DNA of 64,000 bases. Source: Octopus sinensis (lineage: Eukaryota). This document shows positions 24,931 through 37,548 of this stretch, piece by piece. Location: NCBI RefSeq assembly GCF_006345805.1, contig NC_043013.1, forward strand, positions 23,064,001 to 23,128,000, in the 5' to 3' direction. The translations under genes were made by a program, and so were the position numbers. The notes beneath the pieces were generated by a model that saw only the letters and a list, made by a program, of their open reading frames with translations, ran no database searches and had not been told where the DNA came from. Position 1 is the stretch's first letter, and every line of letters starts with the position of its first letter.

Positions 24931-27900
24931 CCATTTATCTATTCTTCCAACCACATTCAAAATAAATCACTCAACTCCAACTTTAGTAACCATCATCTAT
25001 TTGCAAACACAAGTGGAATGATTAAATGGGTAGTAATTTGTAGGTTCCGAGTTCAAATCCACTGCAGGTGTATTGTAGTATATATGGGCAGTATACTTAA
25101 TTCTACATGCCTCAGTCTATCTTTATAAAATTTCACCTGGATAAATCCGTACTCCACCCAAGGGAAAATTTCTCTCTCACAAACTGAATGCTGTGAAACG
25201 AAAGCTAAACACTGGCACAGTAAAGCCCTCCAGAGATAAGAAGACAGGCGTTTCTCACACAATATCTCTGCATGACACCTATTGTATAGTAAGAGTAGTG
25301 AGTCACTGGGTGAGTAGTGAGTATTTCTACCACCAGAAACACTACATAACACCAGTGCAAGTAACAGAAGCCAACATCCAAATAATAAAGTCAGTTACAT
25401 CTCAGTATTTTAATAACTGGTCACATAATTAAAATGTGTTGCAATATACAAGACTACTACTATCAAAGTCATTGCTTAGTAAGCTCTGGCCTAGAAACAC
25501 TGTGTCACTAAGTTGTTCACCAAGCTGAAGATGGAGATCACACTAAAAAGACAAGCTAAGATCCAAATTTAAGAAGCAAAAATTACTATGCCGCACCATT
25601 TTAACCTTGCCAAAAAAAAATACTTAAAATGATATTAAAAAAGATATATTGTATCAATATGCAAAGACTATTTGCCTCAATGACTTAATTTGTAAAACTG
25701 AAAAAAAAAACTAATACCAAGGTTAAGTTTACAGTGTGTAAATGGTTAAGTTGTTACCAGATAAACCAGTTGAGAGGTTAACAGCTCACATACTGCCACC
25801 TGCATATCATTGCATCACTGGCCAAGACTATTAAATCTTAAATGGCCCAGTCCACCAAGCTGTAAAAAGGCACATCACAATATGCAAAAGAAGTATTGAA
25901 AAATTGACAAGAGTTTTGCTAAGCTGAGTTCAACTTGTGCTACAAGTGTAGCTTAGAGAAGGACAGGAGTTGTTGGTTCCAGATAGAAAAACATTTCTTG
26001 AAAAACCAAAAATGAAAGTGAAAGAATTATTAGATCCTTACAAAAATAAAAGTAAATAGAAGTCAGGAAAAAAAAAAAACAACAGACAACAAAAACATTA
26101 GCGTTCATAAAGCTAAATTCTTCATCCTTACCTTACTTTTAGGAAATAGAGCATGTGATAACCTATATGGGGCTGTTTCTGGTACATTTCATCCATCAGG
26201 AACAATAATGGCTGTCGAATAGGATCCTCTTCAGCAGTAGAACAGAAGTTTCTGGAAGGAAACAAAATACAATGCATGAGACAACATAACAGAATTGAGA
26301 GACAATTGAAAGAAAAACAAAAGCAAGAATTTAAGACATTGTGACGGATCGTTTGAGATGATGGGGAAGTGAATCACTAATTCCCTTTTGATTTCTACTT
26401 GACAGTCATTCAGTTCTATATTTAAGAGATGAGGAATTATGTACATTATTTACATTATTTACATTTGACGGATATTTGTCATCTCGTTTGTTGTTAGAAC
26501 AACGTTTCGGCTGATATACCCTCCAACCTTCATCACCGGAAAATACAAAAACTAAAAGAAGCAGCACATATGCTAGGACACAACAACCTCCTAAGCAGAC
26601 CAAGTGCAGATATGAGCAGCATATGGGAACCGGTATTAAGGAAGGATAGGCGAATATTAGATTTATAAGCCCTAAAATTCACTCCATAATTGCTCGCGGA
26701 CATATGGCATAGTGGTTAAGAGTGCGGGCTACTAACCCCAAGATTCCAAGTTTGATTCCAAGCAGTGACCTGAGCAATAGCAATAATAATATTGAAAAAG
26801 GCCTTAGGAACGAGAACTCAGGTTCAAAATTTCCCCAGACACCTGAAGAAGGCTGGAGGGTGTATCAGCTGAAACGTCGTGTTAATAACAAACAAGATGA
26901 GGACAAATATCCGTCAAATGTAAATAATGTAAATAATTTACATTCGTTATTATACCCATGGCTGTACCTGTGGGATTTGAACAAATTATTTTCAGATATT
27001 TATCTTTAATTATCACTAAACACTCAACTGTGAAGTAGGAACAGAACCTGCTTTCTGTTCAGTCAAACTGGAGTTGGCAGAGTTAGCACATAAAAACTTA
27101 ATTCTGTTATAGGATTGTAGGACTAACATCACTTCAGTATCGTTGACCAATTTATAGCTTTGAGGTTGGGCAGCAGATCTCATCTGGCATCCCTGGTTAA
27201 CATCACCAACTGGTTCTTGCAGGCTTTAAACGGAATTATCATTTTGCTGTAAATATTCAGACTTGGTCTCCATGGTAACAACAACTCAGTATCTTCGTGC
27301 AATACTTCCCCCCACATAAAAACCCACGAGTTAGACTTTCTTCTTACGTTTTCCATCAACAATTTCAAAGGTCCTATAAAGATCCCAAAAGCTGACCTTT
27401 CTCCCCAGACTAAAACATAAAAGTTAACAAAAACTATAAATAAAAAAAAAAGAAATAATAATTCCTAAATAAAGAGACAAGGAACATTTTTGGGTGAAAG
27501 TAAAATTTTCAAAGCCAGCAACTCACCTGGATTTCAAGTGGGTTACAAAGTAAGTATTAAAAGCAAACCAGTATTTACCTACCTAAATATCACAAATAGT
27601 GGTGTTCCTATAGAATCTTCAATGGACCTGAATAAGAAATGAATAAGTCACAGTAATAATAATAATTCATAAAAGTGATACAGAGCCTATAACATGGTAT
27701 AGTTGAGGGGATCAAGTCCACCACATGACTGGTTTATTTTGCTGACCCTTGAAGGGTGAAAGGGAAAAAGAAGACAGGTAAATGAAACAAGGAGCTTGAC
27801 TGATTCTGCCATCAACTACTGTAATGATAACCCTTTCTACTAAAGGCACAAGGCCTGAAATTTGGGGGAGGGGCCCAGTTGATTACATCGGCCCCAGTAT

Positions 27901-30375
27901 TCAACTGGTACTTAATTTATCGACCCCGAAAGGATGAAGGCAAAGTCGACCTTGGCGGAATTTGAACTCAGACCGTATCGAAAGGTGAAATACTGCTAAG
28001 CATTTCGTCCAGTTCACCACCTTAATAATATCATCATCATCATCATCATCGTTTAACATCTGCTTTCCATGCTGACATGGGCTGGACAGTCTGACTGAGG
28101 ACTGGCAAACCAGAAGGCTGCACCAGTTTCCAATCTGACCCGGAAAAGTTTCTACAGCTGGATGCCCTTCCTAATGCCAACCACTCTGAGAGTATAGTGG
28201 GTGCTTTTACGTGCCACCAACACATGTGCCAGTAAGGCAACGCCGGCAATGATCACGCTCGAATGGTGCTTTTTTACGTGCCACCAGCACAGGAGCCAGT
28301 CAGTGGCCCTGGCAATGATCATGCTCGGATGTGTTTTTAACATTCCACTGGCACGAATGCCAATCAGGTGGTACTGTCATCGGCCACGTCAGCAATTTTG
28401 ATTTCACTTGCCTCAACAGGTCTTCGCAAGCAAATTTTATTGTCCAAATGAATGAAGGTTACTCATAAGTGGACTGGTTATACACCACTGGCATAGGCCA
28501 CAGGTTATGGTCTCACTTGGCTTTCCGGGTCTTCTCAAGCACAACTTATCTCCAAAGGTCTCAGACATTAGTCATTGTCTATAATAATAATCATGTCTAC
28601 TAGATGCACAAAGCACTGAATTTCAGGGAAGGGGGTCTTGTTGATTTCATTGATCCCAGTACTTGATTGCTATTTATTTTATCGACCACGAAAGGATGAA
28701 AGGTAAAGTCAGCCTGAGTGGAATTTGAACTCAAAATGCGAAGACAGACAAAATGCTGCAGAATTTTGTCCAGTCTGCTTGTTTCTGCTAGTTCACTGCC
28801 TCACAGTAGTAGTAGTAGTAGTAGTATTTATTTCATCAACCCTGAGAGGATGAAAGGCAAGGTTCACTTCAGCAGAATTTGAACTCAGAACGTAGAGGTA
28901 TATGAAAAGTCATTTTACCTGGTGTGCTAATGATTCTGTCAACTCACTACCTTAATAATAACAATAATAATAACCCTTTCTACTCTAGGCACAAAGCCAG
29001 AAATTTGATGGAGGTTGCCAGTTGATTACGTTGACCCCAGTAGTCAACTGGTATTTTTTTTATCAACCTTGAAAGTCAACTTCAGCAGAATTTGAACTCA
29101 GGATGCAAACAGACAAAATGCTGCAAAGCATTTTGCCCAGCGGGCTAACAATTCTGCTGCCCACCACCTTAAGGTCTTAACTAAATATTGGCTACAAATT
29201 TTGGCACAAGGCCAGCAATTTTATTGGGGAGGGGGAGTCAATTACATCAACCCCCAGTACTCGACTGGTACTTATTTTATCTATCACAAAAGGATGAATG
29301 GCAAAGTCAACCTCAACGGACGAAATGCCAATAAGCATTTTGCCCAGTGTAGTATCAATTCTGAAAGCTCGCCGCCTTAAGGTTTTTAACCAAATATTGC
29401 AAGACATTTTGTCTGCTGCTCACAAAGATTCTGCTAATCTAGCAATTATAATGCTAGCATAAAGAAATTGTTAAAACTTTAACCAATTCCTGAACAAAGA
29501 AAATTCATTTTATATTGTCATATTCAATAAGGTTTTCTTTTTAAAATTATAAAGGGCATGGGGCTTGCGCCCTCACTCTGAAACCAGTTTTGGAGCAAAT
29601 AAATTAATTAGAGTTGGTGGCCAGCTATGAGACTCAAACTCACATCCCCATGATTACACTTCGCGGTGCTCTGACCTTTAACCCTTTAGTGTTCAGATTA
29701 TTCTATCAAACATAATGCTTATTGGTTCACATTGATTTGAATTAATCATGCATTATCTCATATCTTCAAGATCTTGATGGTGTAATTACTTAATGTAGAA
29801 TAACATTGTAGGGTAGGTGTGAGAGCCTGGATCTGGTCAGTTTGAACATAAAACAGATTAGCTATTTTGGCCGGATATGGCCGGTTTAAATACTAAAGGG
29901 TTAAGCCCTCACCACAAATTCTTCTGCAAATTTAAGATATATAGAAATCTCGCTTTATGAGGCGCTATCATACATTAAATTCAGATTACGATGAATGCAA
30001 ACAAACAAAGTTTGCTTCTGAAGCATGAGATGTCTTCAAAAATTCTGCAAAATATTCTATTCAGGTTATATTATTAGCATTATCCTGCATTTGAGAATTT
30101 TTAAAAAATCATTCAACTTTTAAGACATCTCAACGCTTCTAAAGCACACTTCGTTTGTTCGTTTACTTTCATCATAATTTGAATTTAAATTAATTAAAGT
30201 TTCTAGAATAGAAGTAATTTGTTACTTACTCTTCATCTACTTCCTGTGGAAATAAATTACTCATAAATAAATGGCCAAGGATTTGACACAAACATATAGC
30301 AAGTGTAGATGCCATGTCTTGGTCAAAATCTTCCTGAAAAAGGAAAAAATAAAAATAAATCAGTAAATAAGGGGA

Positions 30376-30421
<46 letters not shown>

Positions 30422-33400
30422 TATATTATCCTTATCATCAATTAGTGATCCTTCAGTTGCTACACTTACATATATTCTCTTAGAGTTAAAAACCCCAAAT
30501 TATTTTAGAATGTAATTCAAAGCTGAGGGAAAACTGTCTACTCAACCACAGATGTTTGAATACAGCAATTGTCTACAGAATTAAAAAAGGACATCTTAAT
30601 CCAATTATATCTTCTTATACAGAATCAAACTTAACAAGTTCCATAAAGAGTAAAACATTACTTACATCTCGGAGAATATGTTGTACCAATTTGTCAATGA
30701 TTTCACATTGGACTTCCTGATCACTGTAAAAGATAAACACAGGCACTGCAATATGTGGGAGGTTAAGAAACAAAAAAAAAGCATAAAACTGCATCACAAA
30801 AGGGGTCTAGGGGAAAAATCGTTTTCGACACTCTCCTCCCTCCCTGTCTATGTATGGTTCAGACAAATCTGAAAATTCATTCCTGATCGCTCTTAATATT
30901 ATCATCATTGTTGTCATCAACTTTGTATCTGCTTTTTCTAACCAAGCATAGGTTTAACAGGTATGCAAATATACAGTTCCCTACGCATCTCACTTCTTAT
31001 GCCCCTTTTATCATAGGAGAGATCTCACACTGTATAGCCCCGTGGCTCCTATAGACCCTTGGGACTCCAGTAAATCTTCCAAAAATTAACTGCCACCTCT
31101 GTCTCATATATATCCTCCAGCATCTAATGCAGGGTTAGGGGTTCTTAATGCAGGGTTCTTAACTGGGGTCCATGTAACCCGGGGGGGGGGGGAGCATATA
31201 AGATTTTTTTGTTAAAAATTATGTAAAACAAACTGGTTATACTTGTAGAATACACAAAATATTTTAACAAATTTATTTACACAATTGCTTGTAATATTCA
31301 ATTCTAAAAGTATAAAGGGATTTTTTTACACATTGAATGGCTCTGAGGGTCCAGCAGAGTATAAAAGGAATCAAAGGGGCCCATGGGTGAAAAAGGGGTT
31401 GAGAAGCACCGAGTTAGAGGATAACCATACTACCACCACTACTCCCAACACTATAACCAATTGCTTCAATGGTATGACTCCTGAATGGTTTGTTTTGATA
31501 CTAGCACAAAAGAGAAAAAGTCTTCAAGGCTCTGGGCCTATCATCATCATCATCATCAGTTAACGTCCACCTTTCTATGCCTGCATGGGTCAGACAGAAT
31601 TTATGGAGGCAGAGTTTCTACGGTCAGATACCCTTCCTGTTGCCAAACCGTACTTGTTTCCAAGGCCAGACATGTTTACATCACAGACTGGAAATTAAGG
31701 ACACCACTTGGGACAGTGATGCTCGTCTGGTCTGAAGCGATCACCTGATGTCAAAACCAGGCAATATTCACACACACACACTTATATGAGAGGCTTTTTT
31801 CAGTTTCAGTCAACCAAATCCACTCACAAGGCTTTGGTCAATGTGGGGCTGTAATAGAAAACATTTGTGATGCCACACAGTAGAACTGAACCCAGAACCA
31901 TGTGGTTGGGCAGCAAACAGCTTAACCACACAGCCATGCACCCCACGGCCCTCATGCCTGTGCATATATACTGAAACTCAAGGCTCTGAAACTTGCAGCT
32001 TCATATATAAGTATGTCCACAATTATAAAAAACTGAAGAAGTGTTTGTAAAATTTAAACCACTCAATGGTAGGCTTTTAGGTTTTTGATTTATTTTTTAA
32101 TTCAATTTTTTAATGCTTTTTACATTCCTTTTCAATAATGAGGCAAAAAACATGCAGAATTGTGTATTTTACCCAGGGGAACAACCAACAAAACTATTCA
32201 TTTTGATATCTTTCTTTTTGTGTTACTCTGACCATCTCTGAAGAGGTTCAATTTTTGGAAGAAAAAAAAAAAGAGAGACAGACAGACAGAGATGACTAAA
32301 ATGAAGTTGACCGAGATGCTAAGCGGTCGCACAACAACAAGTCACACAAACAGCAACTTTTAGTAAGAAGCTACATACGTTTCATTCTGCAGCTCAATAG
32401 TCAACTGTCGCAGTTCATGCTGAAGAAGTTGGATGTGTTCAGTGATATCAATTGGCTGGAATCGGGGGCCGTTTCTGAAAGGCTTTATCTTGGTGTCACC
32501 AACCAGCTTCCCTAAATTTAAAACAAAATACAAAACACAAAATCAATAAGACTACCCAGGAGTTACTAAAGAAATTCAAAATGACCGACAAGACTATAAA
32601 GACAAACTTAATACAGATGCAGTGAAACAGAACTACACTCATTAAACATTGCATGACTTTCGCAGATGATAATTAAAGAAAAGAACTGACCTAATGGAAT
32701 GTCATCTTCATCATCACTAAACACTCCATCAGACAAGCTGCTCATCTCCACAATATGGTTCCCAGATTCACCAACATCAGCAGTGAGGTCTTTATTCACA
32801 GAAGCTTCTTCTTTGACAACTAAACAGAAATGATATTTGAAGTGATGATGGTGGTGGTGGTGGTGGTAAAAACAATAATAATAATAATAATGATAATAAT
32901 AATCCTCTCTACAAAATGAACAAGGCCTGAAATTTGGGGAGAGAGGAACTAATCGATTACATTGACCCCAAAAGGATGAAAGGTAAAGTCTACCTCGGCA
33001 GGATTTGAACTTAGAACGTAGCAACAGGTGAAATACTGGTAAGTGTTTCGCCCAGAATGCTAACGATTCTGCCAGTTCGCCACCTTAAAAAATAATAATA
33101 ATAATGCCTTCTAATTTTGGACACAACTACAAATTTATAGGGGAGAGGTGTAATCAAAATAACAGACCTTCAATGGTTTAGTAGCATATATTTTCTCAGT
33201 TTTTGTAGGATTTGAACTCACAATATAAAGTGACATCACTACATACAACAAAACAACATTTGCCCACACTTTACTCTTAACCTTTACTCCATAATCTTTT
33301 TCATTTTTTCTGTGTAGATCATTTTAAAGTGAAGCATCTTAAACTGAGACACTAAGTGTAGATGATGCTAACAACAACTGCTGACCTCATATCTGGTCCT

Positions 33401-34952
33401 AGAGTATCCCCATCAACTCCGTTATCTATAAACTTAATAATAATAAAAATCAAACACACAAAAGAGTAGAAATTTGTGGGGAAGGAAGAGTGGGTCAACA
33501 GCAGTCCCCATTTCTGCCCTCAGAGCAAGGGGACGGCAGAAGTAGCAGTACACCACTAATGCTTATTTTATTAAACCTCTGTAATCAGTTACTGAGAGTA
33601 CATCCATAGTTAAGGTTGTTGAGTTTAACTCCATAGAAAAGTTGTTCACCATTTTTATAAAGGATAAAATGCTGTTTGCTATAAATCTGTAACAGGGTCA
33701 GAAAATAACTATTTGTAAATCTCACAACAAGAGATATTCAGCAACAGTACTTTGGGGTAAAGATTGTTTGCCAACATAACATGGCAGTCCTGGTTTAGGA
33801 CGAATGTTTCTGTAATTTAGCCCCAGGAGACATCGTCTCCAGCTGGCTGTATGACACGATCTCTGTCCTTATATTCTCAAACAAGGGAATCTAGCACCCC
33901 CACTCAGCTCAAGACAATATAGAAGCCCTTGTTCAAAAATATAAGACACAGATTGCGTCATATAGCCAGCTGGAGACAATGTCTCCTGGGGCTAAATTAC
34001 AGCAACATTCATCCTAAACCAGGAGTGCCACGTTATGTTGGCAAAAATTTTTACTGTAATAGAGTTGTTCACTGTTTCTCTGTAACAGAGTTGTTCACTG
34101 TTACTCTGTAACAAAGCCATTCACTGTATTTACTAACAGTATCGTTCACTGCATCTCTATAACAAGACCTTTCACTGTATCTCTGTAACAGAGCAGTTCA
34201 TAGTATCTGTGTAACAGGGCCGTCCACTGGGTTTCTATAACTTGGTTGAAAACAAAAAAATGAATTAATAAACTAATGTAGACTTACTATCTGGAGAACA
34301 AAATTCAATGAAATTCTCTCTAATTAAAGCCCGGAGTTCTTTATCCAATTTGGGATTATCAAATAAAGGAGATAAAGACCTGAAAAGAAGAAAAAGACAA
34401 AACATTAACAATTTATAAAAGAATTAAACACCTTGCTTAGGCATAACAGCCCTGCTCACCATTATTGTCAAAGTGAAAACAGAGGAGGACTACTTACTGG
34501 AGAACCCGTTTCTCAAGAATTGATCGCAAAGAAGTGTAGATTCCTTGTCGTACTTGTACTGAGAGAGAAGGACAAAAATTGGGCATCACCTGCAACACAC
34601 AGAAAAAAACAATGACAGCCTATATGTCCTCAACTCATTATTATTAAACAAAAGGAGTACCAGTGAAGTACTGGAGTCAATATAATCGATTAGCCCCCGC
34701 CCCCCTCCCCCAACATTTCTGGCCTTGCGCCTAGAGTAGAAAGGATTATTATTATTATTATTTTTAAGGTGGCAAAATTGCAGAATCGTTAGCAACATTT
34801 CATTTGTCATTATGTTCTGAGTTCAAATTCCACTTTGCCTTTCATCCTTTCAGGGGTCAATAAAAGAAGTACCAGTGAAACACTGGGGTTCAATGTAATC
34901 AACTAGACCCCTCCCCACAAAATTTCAGGCCCTTGTACCTTTAGTAGAAAGG

Positions 34953-34993
<41 letters not shown>

Positions 34994-36216
34994 TACTACT
35001 ACCACTACTACTACAATAAGAGTGAAATGTTAGAAATGGCGCAGCATCCAACAAGATGCCATGTGATAGAGCAGACCCAGCAAAATATGATGCAGGGAGT
35101 GAGATAGAAGAAACTTTAGTTATGTGCTTCCATGTTCCAGGTTTAAACCCTGCCATTTGTTTTGTCAGTCATCTTTCAGCATTCATCAAATAAATGTCAA
35201 TCACGCATTTGGGATCAATTGAAGTCTATACCAAAATTGAAAAATCTCGGTTGATTTCTTCTTTACAGGATAGAATGGGAGAAGGGATTCTTGCCCAGAG
35301 AGCAGATAAGAGAATGGTAGCAAAAGTGGAAATAAACCATCTTGGAACCAGACAAGGGATGCCATTCAGCAAGGAATAGCAACCAATAGTCATCAAGCTT
35401 AAGGCTACGGGTGTCGCCATGACAAGCAGCATGGGGAATGTGCCATCTGATCAATAGAGATATATCTGCTGACCAAAGGCAATGTTCACATCAATACTGG
35501 ACAGCCAAATCTTTCAAATCATAGTCAAGGTCATCCTAAAGTGTTTTACTGCAAACATTTATAGTCTCACTGACCATCAATGTTAGTGACCATTTTTAAC
35601 CAAGCAAGCACAACCAGGTGATCATTTTTATTTTTTTTGTTTTTTTATTGGCAAATGACAAGTTTTTATTTGGGATCCAATCACTCCTCTGTATTGCTGC
35701 CTTTTATTTTAATAACCAAACTAAACTCAGAAAGCAAAGCCAACTGTGGCAATATTTTAACTCAGATTCTAGTTATGTCTCTACACTTTGTCTTCTATCT
35801 TCCTCTATTGGAAGTGGAAACAAACAAACAAACAAACAAACAAATAAATAAATAGCTATGATGGAGTTGATTCAATCACTTATATATAACCTTTACTCTT
35901 GACAAAAAAAGATTCTGTCCTCCTCTACCATCAAAGAGAGAAAGAAAAAGAATTACCCGACACATAAAATCTAAAAGAGTTGCTGTGATAACAGGGTGTG
36001 GCCGCATGGAATGGTACATGACAAGAATTGCTGGCTCTGAAATACAAGAACATGAAGTAGGTAAGTGAAAACATATGCACAAGGCATACACAGACAGATT
36101 GTTGTACACAGAGAGAGAGAGAGAGAGAGAGACAGACAGGCAGACAGACATGTCTTTTGACAAAAGACAAGGCTGTGTATATTCAGAAATAGAGTGTTGT
36201 GATTTTCATACTAGCA

Positions 36217-36290
<74 letters not shown>

Positions 36291-37491
36291 GTGTGTGTGT
36301 GTGTGTGGTGTGTGTGTGTGTGTGTGTGAAGTGACCAGAAACCAAAACAAGCTTGTGGTCTTTGTTCACTTGAAGCATTCCACACACACACACACACACA
36401 CACACCAGCACGCATCTACTTTCCATGTTTGCAGGAATGAGATTTTCAGTTTTGCTTTTTTTTTTTTTACAAAACTAATTTTTACATTTCAATGCTTTTC
36501 CTACAATCAACCACAAACTGGAACAAGTCTTGCACAGAAGAAGTACAAGGCAAAGATTTAAACATAAATCAATGGGTTTTTTTTTTTGTGGGGGGGGTTC
36601 CTTCATTATCTATTTTCATTTCTTGGTTTAGTGTGGAGGAATGGGCCGTACCAGCAGCCTTTAGAGGCCTGCCCAAGTCATTGAAATTAACTTGAGTCGT
36701 TAACACCACATCATTATACTTCAAAGCTACTTTGTGTGTGTTGTGTGTGTGTGTGTGTTTGTTTTAATTCAAAGGTAAGATGATTAGATATATCAGAAAA
36801 ACAAGAGTAATTTATAGAGCATGGCTAAAAATAGTTTTTCAAATGAAAATTAATATATTACCTGAAGAAAAACTAGAAATTGAGAAAGAATAACAGTGGA
36901 CACTCTCATTCAATACACACACATGTATGCCTGTGTGCATATATCTAGGGAGCGCTAGTCCCTGGCTTTGGGTAAAGGAAAATACAGGAGGATCACTTAA
37001 TTGTGATTTTATTCAAAATATTCCCCTCTCAGATTCACACACTTATTGCAGTGGTCATTCAGTTTTTCTAAGACCTGTAAAAGACCTCCAGAAAGTTGGG
37101 CCTCCAACCAGGCTTTTCACGATATCCTTAAAGCCAGGAACTTTTCAATAGCCCCTTGTATGTGTGTGTGTACATATATATATATATATATGTACACACA
37201 CCATTGGAGTGTTCCAAAGTTTTCACTCAAACTGCGAAATAATAGAAATATCCTGTCATCATATTATAATGAACTACAAAATTTGGAACATGTCTCATAT
37301 AAATAGACAGACAGACAGATATAGAGAGAGACAGATAGATAGACAGAGAGAAAGAGAGAGGGGAAAAAGGAAACACATTTATATGTATACAGTGATTCAG
37401 AAGACTCTAGCATTTACATGATATATTTATATTTTCTGTTTTGTTACAATTTTGTTTTCATATTTCCAATATATCATTGGAGATAATATCC

Positions 37492-37548
<57 letters not shown>

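Noticed and set aside
35194-35600. Overlapping short ORFs on both strands in intron 9
   Set aside because: They have no recognisable domain, contain stops in all frames, and have no coherent splice-site pair.
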